Of a stretch of 64,000 nucleotides of DNA, positions 8,771 to 17,157 are shown in pieces. Under the pieces are notes generated by a model. It had not been told where the DNA came from and searched no databases. It worked only from the letters and a program-made list of their open reading frames with translations. The DNA is from Eubacteriales bacterium. GTDB lineage: Bacteria; Bacillota; Clostridia; Oscillospirales; CAG-272. Where the stretch lies: positions 29,398 through 93,397 of the forward strand of contig JAZUBI010000117.1 in NCBI GenBank assembly GCA_045638385.1. The letters run 5' to 3'. The translations under genes were made by a program, and so were the position numbers. Position 1 is the stretch's first letter; each line of letters starts with the position of its first letter.

Positions 8771-10204
8771 TTATTCAACAATAGTTATATCATTAGGGGA
8801 GAATACCTTGATTTGACTTTCACCCTCGAAGGTCTCAATAATACCCTTGACGTTTATGGTCTTTCCTCTGTATGCATCTGCGGTGATCTTGTTATTGTTT
8901 TCATCATAGAAAACGGTTGTGCGAACCTTAACCGTAACACCGTTAGACTCACATAAGAGTGTCATTGCGCCAAAGCTACTACTTTCCTCATTGGTTGTGG
9001 TTGATACGCTCTTTACATAAAGATTCTCCATGCTTATTGAAGAATAAATTGCAACGTCAGCGTAATCATATGTCTCAGTTGTCTCATTTTCCTCTGCGTC
9101 TGTGAAGGTTACTTCTACTTTACCGTTTGCAAACTTCTCCGCAGTTGTGGGTAGATATACGGGCTCATGTCCGTCACTGAGTTTTTTAATATTTGTCGGA
9201 TCATCGGGCTTCATTACTCTATAGCTGAGTCCGGAAACCTGATAAGTTCCGCCTGTTTCATAATATTGAACGGTGCCAACAATTCTTGATTCATTTCCAA
9301 CGGAAAGTATTTCCATTGCTTGTCCGTTCATACCGAAACCGTAATAAACATACATTCCGTACCAAACGTCGGTCTCTTCGTCATAGCTTTCAACATAGAC
9401 AGCATTATTGGAGTTTACAGTTATGATACCGGTAAATGCAACCTTAACACCGTTATACTCTTCAATGTTACAACGAAGCTCCTTCAAGGTAACAACCTGC
9501 GCTTCACCGTAATAGAAATCGGGGTCCTGCTGGCCGGAATAGACATGCAATTTAGAAGCCTTAGCCTGAGCAATCGCAGACATACAGAGCTCGCCGTAAC
9601 GGTTATTTGCGGAGTTTGACGCAATTGCAAGGCCATTCTGAAGTATCTCAAGATTCAAATTACGGTACGAATCAGAGCCTTGAGGCTTATACCATACCCA
9701 AAGCAAATATCTGTCACCGGTTGAATCCGCATTGAGAATATCAGTATCAGATTCAATAATAATGGATTCAGCAGTAGAAAGCTTACTCTTGGTGAAAGAA
9801 GATGCAGCCTTTCCCCACTCCTCGATCTTACCTGTCGACTCGGGTGTATTAACAGCAAGGTATCTTGCCTTGATTACACCGGTGCTGATAAGCGATGTGG
9901 GAACGTAGAAATGCGTTGTGTCACCGTCAATAAAAGCCTTTACGGTAACCTCCTGCTTAAGCGTGCTTGAGGTCATATCAAGCTTAAGCTGGTCAACAAA
10001 ATCAACGTACTCAAGAGTACCGTCGGTTTCGCTTTCTGACTCACTCTCCGATCCGCCCGGAGTTGTAGATTCACTACCGCCCTCCGTCTCGGATTGCTTG
10101 TCATTATCTTTTTTATTGTTTTTTTCGGTATCGCATGCCGACATGCATCCAAAAAGGATGCATATCAGCAATACGACTGCTAAAATTTTTACAATATTTT
10201 TCAT
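8771..10204 (-). CDS. thermonuclease (staphylococcal nuclease) family lipoprotein with C-terminal OB-fold-like domain
   Basis: Lipobox LFGC. FIDGDTTHF, ARYLAVNTPES, WGKAASSFTKSKL, GDRYLLWVWY and LEILQNGLA align with the SNase IDGDT / RLLLVDTPE / YGPEASAFTKKMV / GRGLAYIY / EALVRQGLA blocks. Confidence 0.8.
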   Translation of the reverse strand: MKNIVKILAVVLLICILFGCMSACDTEKNNKKDNDKQSETEGGSESTTPGGSESESESETDGTLEYVDFVDQLKLDMTSSTLKQEVTVKAFIDGDTTHFYVPTSLISTGVIKARYLAVNTPESTGKIEEWGKAASSFTKSKLSTAESIIIESDTDILNADSTGDRYLLWVWYKPQGSDSYRNLNLEILQNGLAIASNSANNRYGELCMSAIAQAKASKLHVYSGQQDPDFYYGEAQVVTLKELRCNIEEYNGVKVAFTGIITVNSNNAVYVESYDEETDVWYGMYVYYGFGMNGQAMEILSVGNESRIVGTVQYYETGGTYQVSGLSYRVMKPDDPTNIKKLSDGHEPVYLPTTAEKFANGKVEVTFTDAEENETTETYDYADVAIYSSISMENLYVKSVSTTTNEESSSFGAMTLLCESNGVTVKVRTTVFYDENNNKITADAYRGKTINVKGIIETFEGESQIKVFSPNDITIVE

Positions 10205-10225
10205 AAATTACCTATCAGTCAGTAA

Positions 10226-11716
10226 TTAAGAGAGATACTTACACTTTGCAATTGCCTGATCGAAAGCGTCCTTGATGAGTGCATCAACGTCTCCGTCAGC
10301 AATAACAAGGCACTGCTGCATAAGAAGTCCAACCTGGTCACGAGCAACGGATGAACCGTTGAACGCGGGAGATGTATAGTACGCATCAACCTGCTCCAAG
10401 CAAATCTTTGCAGAGAGAGCTGCAATGTAGTCACCGCCGTCTGCCTTGTCAAGGAACTTGGTCTTGTAAGCATCGTATTCAGCAACAGACTCAAGTACCG
10501 GAACGTATCCTGATACCATGGAGAACTCAGCCTGGAAATCAACGTTGGTTGTAAGGAACTTCATAAAGAGCCAAGAAGCATAAACCTCCTGCTTGTTCTC
10601 TTTCTCAAATATACAGAGAGAAGGACCCTGAGAAATTACCTTGGGATTTGCGGGATCAACCTGAGGAATGGTAGCAATTCCAACCTCGAAGGGATAAGAG
10701 TTACCAACCTTTGTAGGACGCTGGTGAGTAGCACCTGCGGAGGAACCGATGGACATGTAGCTTCTCTGTCCCTCAGTAGCTACGAAAAGACCGGATGTAT
10801 ATGATCCGAAGAGCTCCTGAGTAGTAAGATAGCCCTTCTTATACCAATCTCTGAATTCCTTGACAAATGCTCTGTTTTCAGCGGTATTAAAGAGGAAGTG
10901 CTCACCGGTTGCGCTTGTGTAGGGAGTGCCAAGCTGCTCGGTCATAGTAATGAACCAGTTTGCCTCACTGTCATATCCGAGAGGAATGCAATCAGGATCA
11001 ATTTCAAGAATTCTTGCGCAAAGAGCCTCAAGCTCATCCCATGTTGTGGGAGGAGTAAGGTTGTGCTTATCGAAGAATGTCTTGTTGTAGTAAAGAACCT
11101 CGGTAGACTTGGAAAGCGGGAGGGTGTACATTTTACCGTCACCGAACTGCTTACCTTCATTGTAATAACCGTCAATAAAGTCATCTATCTGTACCTGAGA
11201 GAGACCCATACGCTCTTCCTCTCCGTCAGCGCGCTCAACAACAGCCAAGCTATTGATGAGAGAGTTAAGCGGAACAACAGCCTTAGAGATGTTGTAAAGA
11301 GCCACGTGGTCGGGATAGCAGTAAGCTATATTGGGCTGGTTACCAACGGTGATCTCAGTGCTTATACGTGTACGTACATCGTCGTAACCACCAACCTGCT
11401 CGTGCTGAACGGTGATGTTAGGATAGAGCTTGTTGAACTCTTCGATGTAAGCGTTGAGAACGTCAGAAAGGTTCTGACCCATCGTGTGATAGAAAACGAT
11501 GGTTACCGCACTACCGTCGTAGCCTTCTTCATCGGAGTCGATAATTCCGTCTCCGGATCCTTCTGTGCCTTCTGTGCTTTCCTTCTCAGAAGTGCTTTCG
11601 CCGGGCTTTTTGTCATCATCCTTCTTATCGTCAGATGACTTGTCGCAGCCAACAAATGCAAAGCAGCTAAGAACAAGTGCAAGCAACAAAATCACAGCAA
11701 CAAGTGATTTTTTCAT
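10226..11716 (-). CDS. ABC transporter substrate-binding lipoprotein (family-1 / CUT1 type)
   Basis: Lipobox AFVGC and K/D/E/S linker. Length and pattern are typical of MalE/UgpB-like SBPs. The ATG at 11716 has RBS GGAGGA and is preferred over 11731. Confidence 0.75.
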   Translation of the reverse strand: MKKSLVAVILLLALVLSCFAFVGCDKSSDDKKDDDKKPGESTSEKESTEGTEGSGDGIIDSDEEGYDGSAVTIVFYHTMGQNLSDVLNAYIEEFNKLYPNITVQHEQVGGYDDVRTRISTEITVGNQPNIAYCYPDHVALYNISKAVVPLNSLINSLAVVERADGEEERMGLSQVQIDDFIDGYYNEGKQFGDGKMYTLPLSKSTEVLYYNKTFFDKHNLTPPTTWDELEALCARILEIDPDCIPLGYDSEANWFITMTEQLGTPYTSATGEHFLFNTAENRAFVKEFRDWYKKGYLTTQELFGSYTSGLFVATEGQRSYMSIGSSAGATHQRPTKVGNSYPFEVGIATIPQVDPANPKVISQGPSLCIFEKENKQEVYASWLFMKFLTTNVDFQAEFSMVSGYVPVLESVAEYDAYKTKFLDKADGGDYIAALSAKICLEQVDAYYTSPAFNGSSVARDQVGLLMQQCLVIADGDVDALIKDAFDQAIAKCKYLS

Positions 11717-11778
11717 GGTGTTTTCCTCCATTAAATAATTTTATTTGTGTTAAGCCATTCGTTTTAGCGAATAAGCGA

Positions 11779-12801
11779 TTAACCTTTGATACCGCTTCGG
11801 CTGACGCCCTTCATGATGTACTTTCTAAGGAAGATAAATACAAGGAAGAGCGGGAGTGAAACGAGCGCAACCGCAGCCATCTGCGCGGGGTAGTCTGTCA
11901 TACCGTCAGCGCCTGAGAATGCGTGACGCAATCCGTTGGTTATGAGTCGGTAGTTCTTATCGTGAGCAACGAGGTTAGGCCACATATAAGAGTTCCATGC
12001 ACCCATCATCTTCAAAATAGTGATTGAAATGATTGTAGGAAGTGCGAGAGGAATCATTACCTTACAGAGATATTTGAAATCGCTTGTACCGTCAACCTTT
12101 GCTGCAAGGTAAAGCTCATTGGGTATCTGCAAGAAGTTCTGTCTCAAAAGGTAGATATAGAAAATACTTACCAAGAAAGGAACTATCAATGCTGCGTATG
12201 TCGAGTCGACCATAGGAATCTTGAAATCAGGTCCAAAGAGACCGTACATGTTTCCAAGTCCGTTAAATACAACCTTAAACCAGCTGTCCTGCTTCATAAC
12301 GGTAGCGTAGTTTGTGATTGTAAACAACTCACCGGGTATCATCATAGTACCGAGGAGCGCTGCGAACAAAGCATTCTTACCCTTGAATTTAAGTCTTGCA
12401 AAAGCAAATGCAGAAAAGATAGTAATTACAAGCGACAGGATCGTAGAAACAATACCTACGTACATTGTGTTTCTGAGCAACAGGAACAAATCAAATTCAG
12501 TATGCTGACCCGTAAGGATGCTTGTATACGTTTCAACTCTTATTTTGTTCGGGAAAAGAGTAGGAACAGGAAGATTATACTCTTCGAGTGTCTTCAATGA
12601 CGAAACGATCATGAAGTAGAACGGGAAAAGGATAATCAGCGCCATAATACTAAGGAAAGTATAAACCAATATCTTTCCAATGATCTTTTTGATCTTCTGG
12701 CTTGTTGCGACCTGATGTATGTCACGATCCTGCATAACCTTATTTTTAGGAGTAGCTTCAGACTCTTTCTTTTTGAAGTTAAATAATTCTTTAATTTTCA
12801 C
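11779..12801 (-). CDS. ABC transporter permease (MalG-like)
   Basis: EAA-type loop LAAKVDGTSDFKYLCKVMIPLALP and multiple TM segments. The GTG at 12801 is preceded by AAGGAGG and is preferred over the overlapping TTG at 12822. Confidence 0.8.
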   Translation of the reverse strand: MKIKELFNFKKKESEATPKNKVMQDRDIHQVATSQKIKKIIGKILVYTFLSIMALIILFPFYFMIVSSLKTLEEYNLPVPTLFPNKIRVETYTSILTGQHTEFDLFLLLRNTMYVGIVSTILSLVITIFSAFAFARLKFKGKNALFAALLGTMMIPGELFTITNYATVMKQDSWFKVVFNGLGNMYGLFGPDFKIPMVDSTYAALIVPFLVSIFYIYLLRQNFLQIPNELYLAAKVDGTSDFKYLCKVMIPLALPTIISITILKMMGAWNSYMWPNLVAHDKNYRLITNGLRHAFSGADGMTDYPAQMAAVALVSLPLFLVFIFLRKYIMKGVSRSGIKG

Positions 12802-12818
12802 GTCTGTTCCCTCCTTTA

Positions 12819-14741
12819 TCAATAATGGGTGCTCTTTTTGCTGATCCAGAGGTTAAACATGGTAACAACAAAGATTATAGCGAAGAGGATCAATGCAGCC
12901 GCGCCCGCTCTTCCGTAGTTAGAGGATCCGAGCTGATCCTGAATGTGTCCAACGATTGTATTCATGTTGGGGCTTCCGCCGGTAACCATTCTATCGTCAC
13001 CGAAGATACCGACAACGCTGGAATATTCCTTAAATCCACCGATAAAGCTGGTGATAACGGTGTAAGTGATCATAGGAGAAAGCAGCGGAACGGTTATGCG
13101 GAGAAGCACACGCCACTTGGGTGTTCCATCAACCTTTGCGGCATCATAATACTGCTTATTGATACTCTGCAAGCCGCCAAGCAATATAAGGATCTTAAAG
13201 GGCAACGCATTCCAAACGATATAAACTATCAATGCGGTAAATGCCGCCCAAGGCTCTGCGCCCTGGTTGATCCAGTTAATGCGGTCGATGCCGAATACGC
13301 CCAAAATATTGTTTATAATACCGACCGACTCACTGGTGGAGTTGATTCCGACGATGTTAAACATTGCCGCGAATACCATACCGATCGCTATGGAGTTTGT
13401 AACGTAAGGAAGGAAGAAGATTGTCTGAAGGAATCTCTGGAGCGCCTTGATAGAGTTAAGAGCAACTGCGATCAAGAGAGCTAATACAGTTGAAATCGGA
13501 ACTGTAATGACAGTAAGAATAAGAGTGTTCTTCAAGCAAAGCATGAAGTCACTTCCCTCATCGGTAAGAACCTGAACAAAGTTCTGAAGACCGAACTTCG
13601 ATACGGTATCACCCTGTAAGAGGTTTGCAGTCAATCTAAGACCTGCATTGTCAGATTCAGCATCGGTCAAATATGTAAGAGTACCGTTCGCAAAGCGATA
13701 CGCACCTATACGGTATGCGTCGTCTGAATAAAGCTGGGTCATTTCCTTTGCTTCACCGTCGGCGCTGTCTCTGTGCATATAGATTGCCGCAGGAGCAGCT
13801 GCTTCTTCAGCATTGATGTTGGACAAGAGAGCGAGGGACAAGCGGCTATCGTAATTATCGAGTGCAAGATAATATACATTGTCCTCGAATGTACATGTCC
13901 AAGCCTTATGCTCCTTGCTGTAGAAGAAGACATCACCGTCACCCAAAGCATATTTCAAGGTAACATTTCCATCTTCATCGGAGACAGCCTTTATAAAGAG
14001 GTTCTCCTCTGCTGATGTTGAATTCTTGATATAAAGCTTATATCCTCTGACATCGTCAACCTTTACCGACTTAGGCCAGATCTGAGCAGCCTTATTAAGT
14101 GCGGTTGTTGCACCAACGTTCCCCTCGGTGGATGATCCCTTAACGTACATATACGCCTCAGGCGTACCCTTGAAAACTCCGAGCTTATAATATTTATCTG
14201 TGAATCCCGCCTCATCCTTATCGGATTTCTCGGTTTCAGTCTCAGCTTCGCCCTCGTTTTCATCGTCCGCAGCGGACTCGGGAATAGCAAGACTGCTGAA
14301 GGTCTCCTCAAAGAGTCCCGCAGGGTAAATAGTCTTACCAATCTTATCGATGTTATCGTTCAACGCGTAAACGTTAAGATCACTTGCCTCTTCAGCGCCG
14401 AGGAAGTAAACAGTATCATTTACTGTAGTTGTCCAAACACCGTGCTCTTCATTATAGAAGAATGAGCTCTTGGAGCTTGTTGCGTATTGCAATTCAAGAA
14501 CGCCATCTTCATTCTTATCGGCTACAAGATAATTTTTTGAGTTCTTGTCGCCAAGGCGGTAGAAATAGTAACCGCCGTCATCTGCAGCTTCGACGTTAAC
14601 GTGCGCCATGCTGTAATTCACGTCATATATAAACGATGTGACGACCGTATTGATAATAGGCCACACAGTAAATATAAGAAGCAAAATGATAGCAGGAAGC
14701 AGGTATAGCCAAGCTTTCCATTGATGTTTGCTATCTACCAT
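12819..14741 (-). CDS. ABC transporter permease (MalF-like) with ~345-aa insert between TM1 and TM2
   Basis: TM1 at about aa 8-37. The canonical permease core starts at about aa 385 (YDAAKVDGTPKWRVLLRITVPLLSP). aa 38-383 contain two copies of the lipoprotein module plus an acidic linker. Confidence 0.8.
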   Translation of the reverse strand: MVDSKHQWKAWLYLLPAIILLLIFTVWPIINTVVTSFIYDVNYSMAHVNVEAADDGGYYFYRLGDKNSKNYLVADKNEDGVLELQYATSSKSSFFYNEEHGVWTTTVNDTVYFLGAEEASDLNVYALNDNIDKIGKTIYPAGLFEETFSSLAIPESAADDENEGEAETETEKSDKDEAGFTDKYYKLGVFKGTPEAYMYVKGSSTEGNVGATTALNKAAQIWPKSVKVDDVRGYKLYIKNSTSAEENLFIKAVSDEDGNVTLKYALGDGDVFFYSKEHKAWTCTFEDNVYYLALDNYDSRLSLALLSNINAEEAAAPAAIYMHRDSADGEAKEMTQLYSDDAYRIGAYRFANGTLTYLTDAESDNAGLRLTANLLQGDTVSKFGLQNFVQVLTDEGSDFMLCLKNTLILTVITVPISTVLALLIAVALNSIKALQRFLQTIFFLPYVTNSIAIGMVFAAMFNIVGINSTSESVGIINNILGVFGIDRINWINQGAEPWAAFTALIVYIVWNALPFKILILLGGLQSINKQYYDAAKVDGTPKWRVLLRITVPLLSPMITYTVITSFIGGFKEYSSVVGIFGDDRMVTGGSPNMNTIVGHIQDQLGSSNYGRAGAAALILFAIIFVVTMFNLWISKKSTHY

Positions 14742-15845
14742 TTACTCCACCTCAAAATAAATTCTTTCTTCAGTTTCTTTGTTAAAGAGGAATACCTTAT
14801 GAGGCTTCAAAGAATAGCTAATGGTTTCGGAATTTATATCGATCTTCTGATCGGAATTGATAATAGAGCGGATAGCGGGGTTGAGCGAGCTCTCATGCGT
14901 TGAAATAACGCTTACGTCGCGTCCCATGACCTCAACGTTAGTGAGCTTGCAAACAAGCTTGCCGTTAGCATCAGGGTTAAATCCTTCAGGACGAACACCT
15001 ACATAAACCTCCTGATCCTCAACACCGGGAACAGAGAGAACCTCGGAATTGCCAAGGTAGAGCTTTTCAGCCTTAACCTCACCCTGGAATACGTTGATCG
15101 GAGGAGTTCCAAGGAACTTAGCAACGAAAAGATTTGTGGGGCTATCGTAAATATCCTGAGGCTTGCCGATCTGCTGGAGAACACCGAGCTTCATAACTAC
15201 GATCATATCGGAAATAGACATAGCCTCTTCCTGGTCGTGTGTTACGAATACAGTAGTAATTCCGGTTTCCTTCTGGATTCTTCTGATCTCTTCACGAGTC
15301 TGGAGACGGAGACGAGCATCGAGGTTGGAAAGCGGCTCGTCAAGAAGGAGAACGCGAGGCATCTTTACAAGTGCACGCGCGATAGCAACTCTCTGCTGTT
15401 GACCACCGGAAAGCTCACTGGGCTTTCTGTCCATAAGCTCATCAATCTGAACAAGGCGAGCTGCCTCGAGAGCTCTCTCGTTCATTTCGGTCTTTGTAAG
15501 CTTGTCCGCACCCTTAAGGTTCTGAAGCGGGAACAAAATATTCTGTCTTACGGTAAGGTGAGGATAGAGTGCGTAGTTCTGGAACACGAGTCCAACGCCT
15601 CTGTTTTCGGGGGAAAGCGCGGTTACGTCCTCTTCACCAAAGAAAATCTTACCGGACGAAGGCTTTTGAAGACCACTGATCATGTAAAGAGTGGTACTCT
15701 TACCACAGCCCGAAGGGCCGAGAAGACCGACGAGCGTTCCGTCGGGGATAGTGAAGGTAAAATCATTTACCGCCACTACTTCCTCACCCGACTTTTTGTT
15801 TCGGCTGGGGAAGATCTTTGTTAGATTTTGAAGTTCGACTTTCAT
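14742..15845 (-). CDS. ABC transporter ATP-binding protein (MalK/UgpC/MsmX-like)
   Basis: Walker A GPSGCGKST, signature LSGGQQQRVAIARAL, Walker B LLLDEPLS, and a C-terminal MalK-type regulatory domain. RBS AGGAGG. Confidence 0.9.
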   Translation of the reverse strand: MKVELQNLTKIFPSRNKKSGEEVVAVNDFTFTIPDGTLVGLLGPSGCGKSTTLYMISGLQKPSSGKIFFGEEDVTALSPENRGVGLVFQNYALYPHLTVRQNILFPLQNLKGADKLTKTEMNERALEAARLVQIDELMDRKPSELSGGQQQRVAIARALVKMPRVLLLDEPLSNLDARLRLQTREEIRRIQKETGITTVFVTHDQEEAMSISDMIVVMKLGVLQQIGKPQDIYDSPTNLFVAKFLGTPPINVFQGEVKAEKLYLGNSEVLSVPGVEDQEVYVGVRPEGFNPDANGKLVCKLTNVEVMGRDVSVISTHESSLNPAIRSIINSDQKIDINSETISYSLKPHKVFLFNKETEERIYFEVE

Positions 15846-15924
15846 ATGACCTCCTGAAAGTTGTGCATGCCGCAGGATGTGACACGCATATATGTTTTAA
15901 TTTTTTTTTTGACGATTTAAGTGA

Positions 15925-16686
15925 TTAATACGACTGTTCCTTTGCCTTTTTCTCGGCAATGCTCTTCTTATATTCGATGAGCTCCTCTGTATCGTTAAAC
16001 ATCATTTGCGTTTGCATGTCGACGGTAACGGTCACTGCGAAAAGATCGTGTATCATTGAATTTGTTTTTGTGAAAATCATAAGACAGAGCTGCAGGATAA
16101 GAATTGCTACAATGAGTATCAATCCCAATGTTCCGAGCAGGCCCATGAAAACGAACAGCGCAAGGAATATCGGGAACATAGTCTCGACCGTGAATTTACC
16201 GAGAATAGTTCTGACGAAAACCTGCAGGGGGGTTATTTTAACACCGTCCACCCTCATAAGACCAATTCGGAAAAGCTTTTTTCCGATGGTTTGTCCGTTT
16301 TTGAATACGAGCGGAAGAACAAGCTCCAATATGATAAATGAAAACAACAGAGCAAGAGATGCAATCGCAATGAACAAAAGAATGATCTCCACCTGCAATT
16401 TTTTAAGAGTACTGTCACTTCTCAGCTCAAGTGTAGCCTCATCGTACCTGACTCTATCGGGTCCGGGGAGAGCATCAACCTCTTCCTGAGTCAAATCAAG
16501 TCTGGTGCTGTATTTTTCCTCGTAAGAATAGTAAAGCTCGTTATACTGCGCGACCTTTGACTCATATCCGAGGACATAGGACAAAACGGGCGCCAAAGCG
16601 AGGACGACAAGACACAAAATAAGAAAATCCACGAGAAATGCAGCGAGTCTTTTGGATACGCTTGCTTTGTATAATTCAAACTTCAT
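15925..16686 (-). CDS. RDD family membrane protein
   Basis: N-terminal SKRLAAFLVDFLIL plus the central KNGQTIGKKLFRIGLMRVDG motif typical of RDD proteins. The ATG at 16686 has RBS GGAGAT and is preferred over 16737. Confidence 0.65.
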   Translation of the reverse strand: MKFELYKASVSKRLAAFLVDFLILCLVVLALAPVLSYVLGYESKVAQYNELYYSYEEKYSTRLDLTQEEVDALPGPDRVRYDEATLELRSDSTLKKLQVEIILLFIAIASLALLFSFIILELVLPLVFKNGQTIGKKLFRIGLMRVDGVKITPLQVFVRTILGKFTVETMFPIFLALFVFMGLLGTLGLILIVAILILQLCLMIFTKTNSMIHDLFAVTVTVDMQTQMMFNDTEELIEYKKSIAEKKAKEQSY

Positions 16687-16893
16687 TTCGATCTCCAAAC
16701 ACACCAAATTGATGGGGTTATTGGCTTTTCGTGGCATTTTGACCCCATTTTCACATTATACATCATAAGTATAGCACATTGTTTGACAAAAAACAAGAGT
16801 TTTTTCAAAATATCTTAATTGTAAATTTTTGATTAATATTTCGAGATTCACTGCGACATTACAAAATTTATTTTTATACTTTACATATTTTTC

Positions 16894-16922
16894 TTGACTT
16901 TCTGAAGCACTCGATGTATAAT
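16894..16922 (+). promoter_or_regulatory. SigA-type promoter (TTGACT-17-TATAAT) for the small ORF and giant gene
   Basis: TTGACTttctgaagcactcgatgTATAAT. It implies a leader of about 230 nt. Confidence 0.7.
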
Positions 16923-16975
16923 TATAATGGTTTATATTAACTTGTAAATTTTGCCTTTTGAAAGGAAATCAGTGA

Positions 16976-17131
16976 ATGTTCACCAAGAATAAAATTAACC
17001 TTGAATCTGTGCATACAGAAAAAGCGCCATATGAAAAGCCTGTTGTAATACGAATAGTAATACACAACGCTGACATAATAACAGAGTCTTACATCGACCC
17101 AAATCAGGGCGAATGGGATTGCGAAGAATAA
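16976..17131 (+). CDS. 51-aa small ORF in the leader of the giant gene
   Basis: Translates to MFTKNKINLESVHTEKAPYEKPVVIRIVIHNADIITESYIDPNQGEWDCEE. An AAAGGAAA RBS lies 9 nt upstream. It is below the 60-aa cutoff of the ORF track. Confidence 0.45.
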   Translation: MFTKNKINLESVHTEKAPYEKPVVIRIVIHNADIITESYIDPNQGEWDCEE

Positions 17132-17157
17132 TGAAGGATTTAGCGAGGTAACACACA

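Noticed and set aside
10898-11638. 246-aa plus-strand ORF. Similar antisense ORFs occur at 12825..13484, 15237..15824, 15959..16489, 47754..48401, 51490..52275, 61397..61981 and 63285..63977.
   Set aside because: All lie entirely inside well-supported genes on the opposite strand (SBP, permease, ATPase, RDD, pdxK, GH78, sufC, nrdD). None has a recognisable motif.
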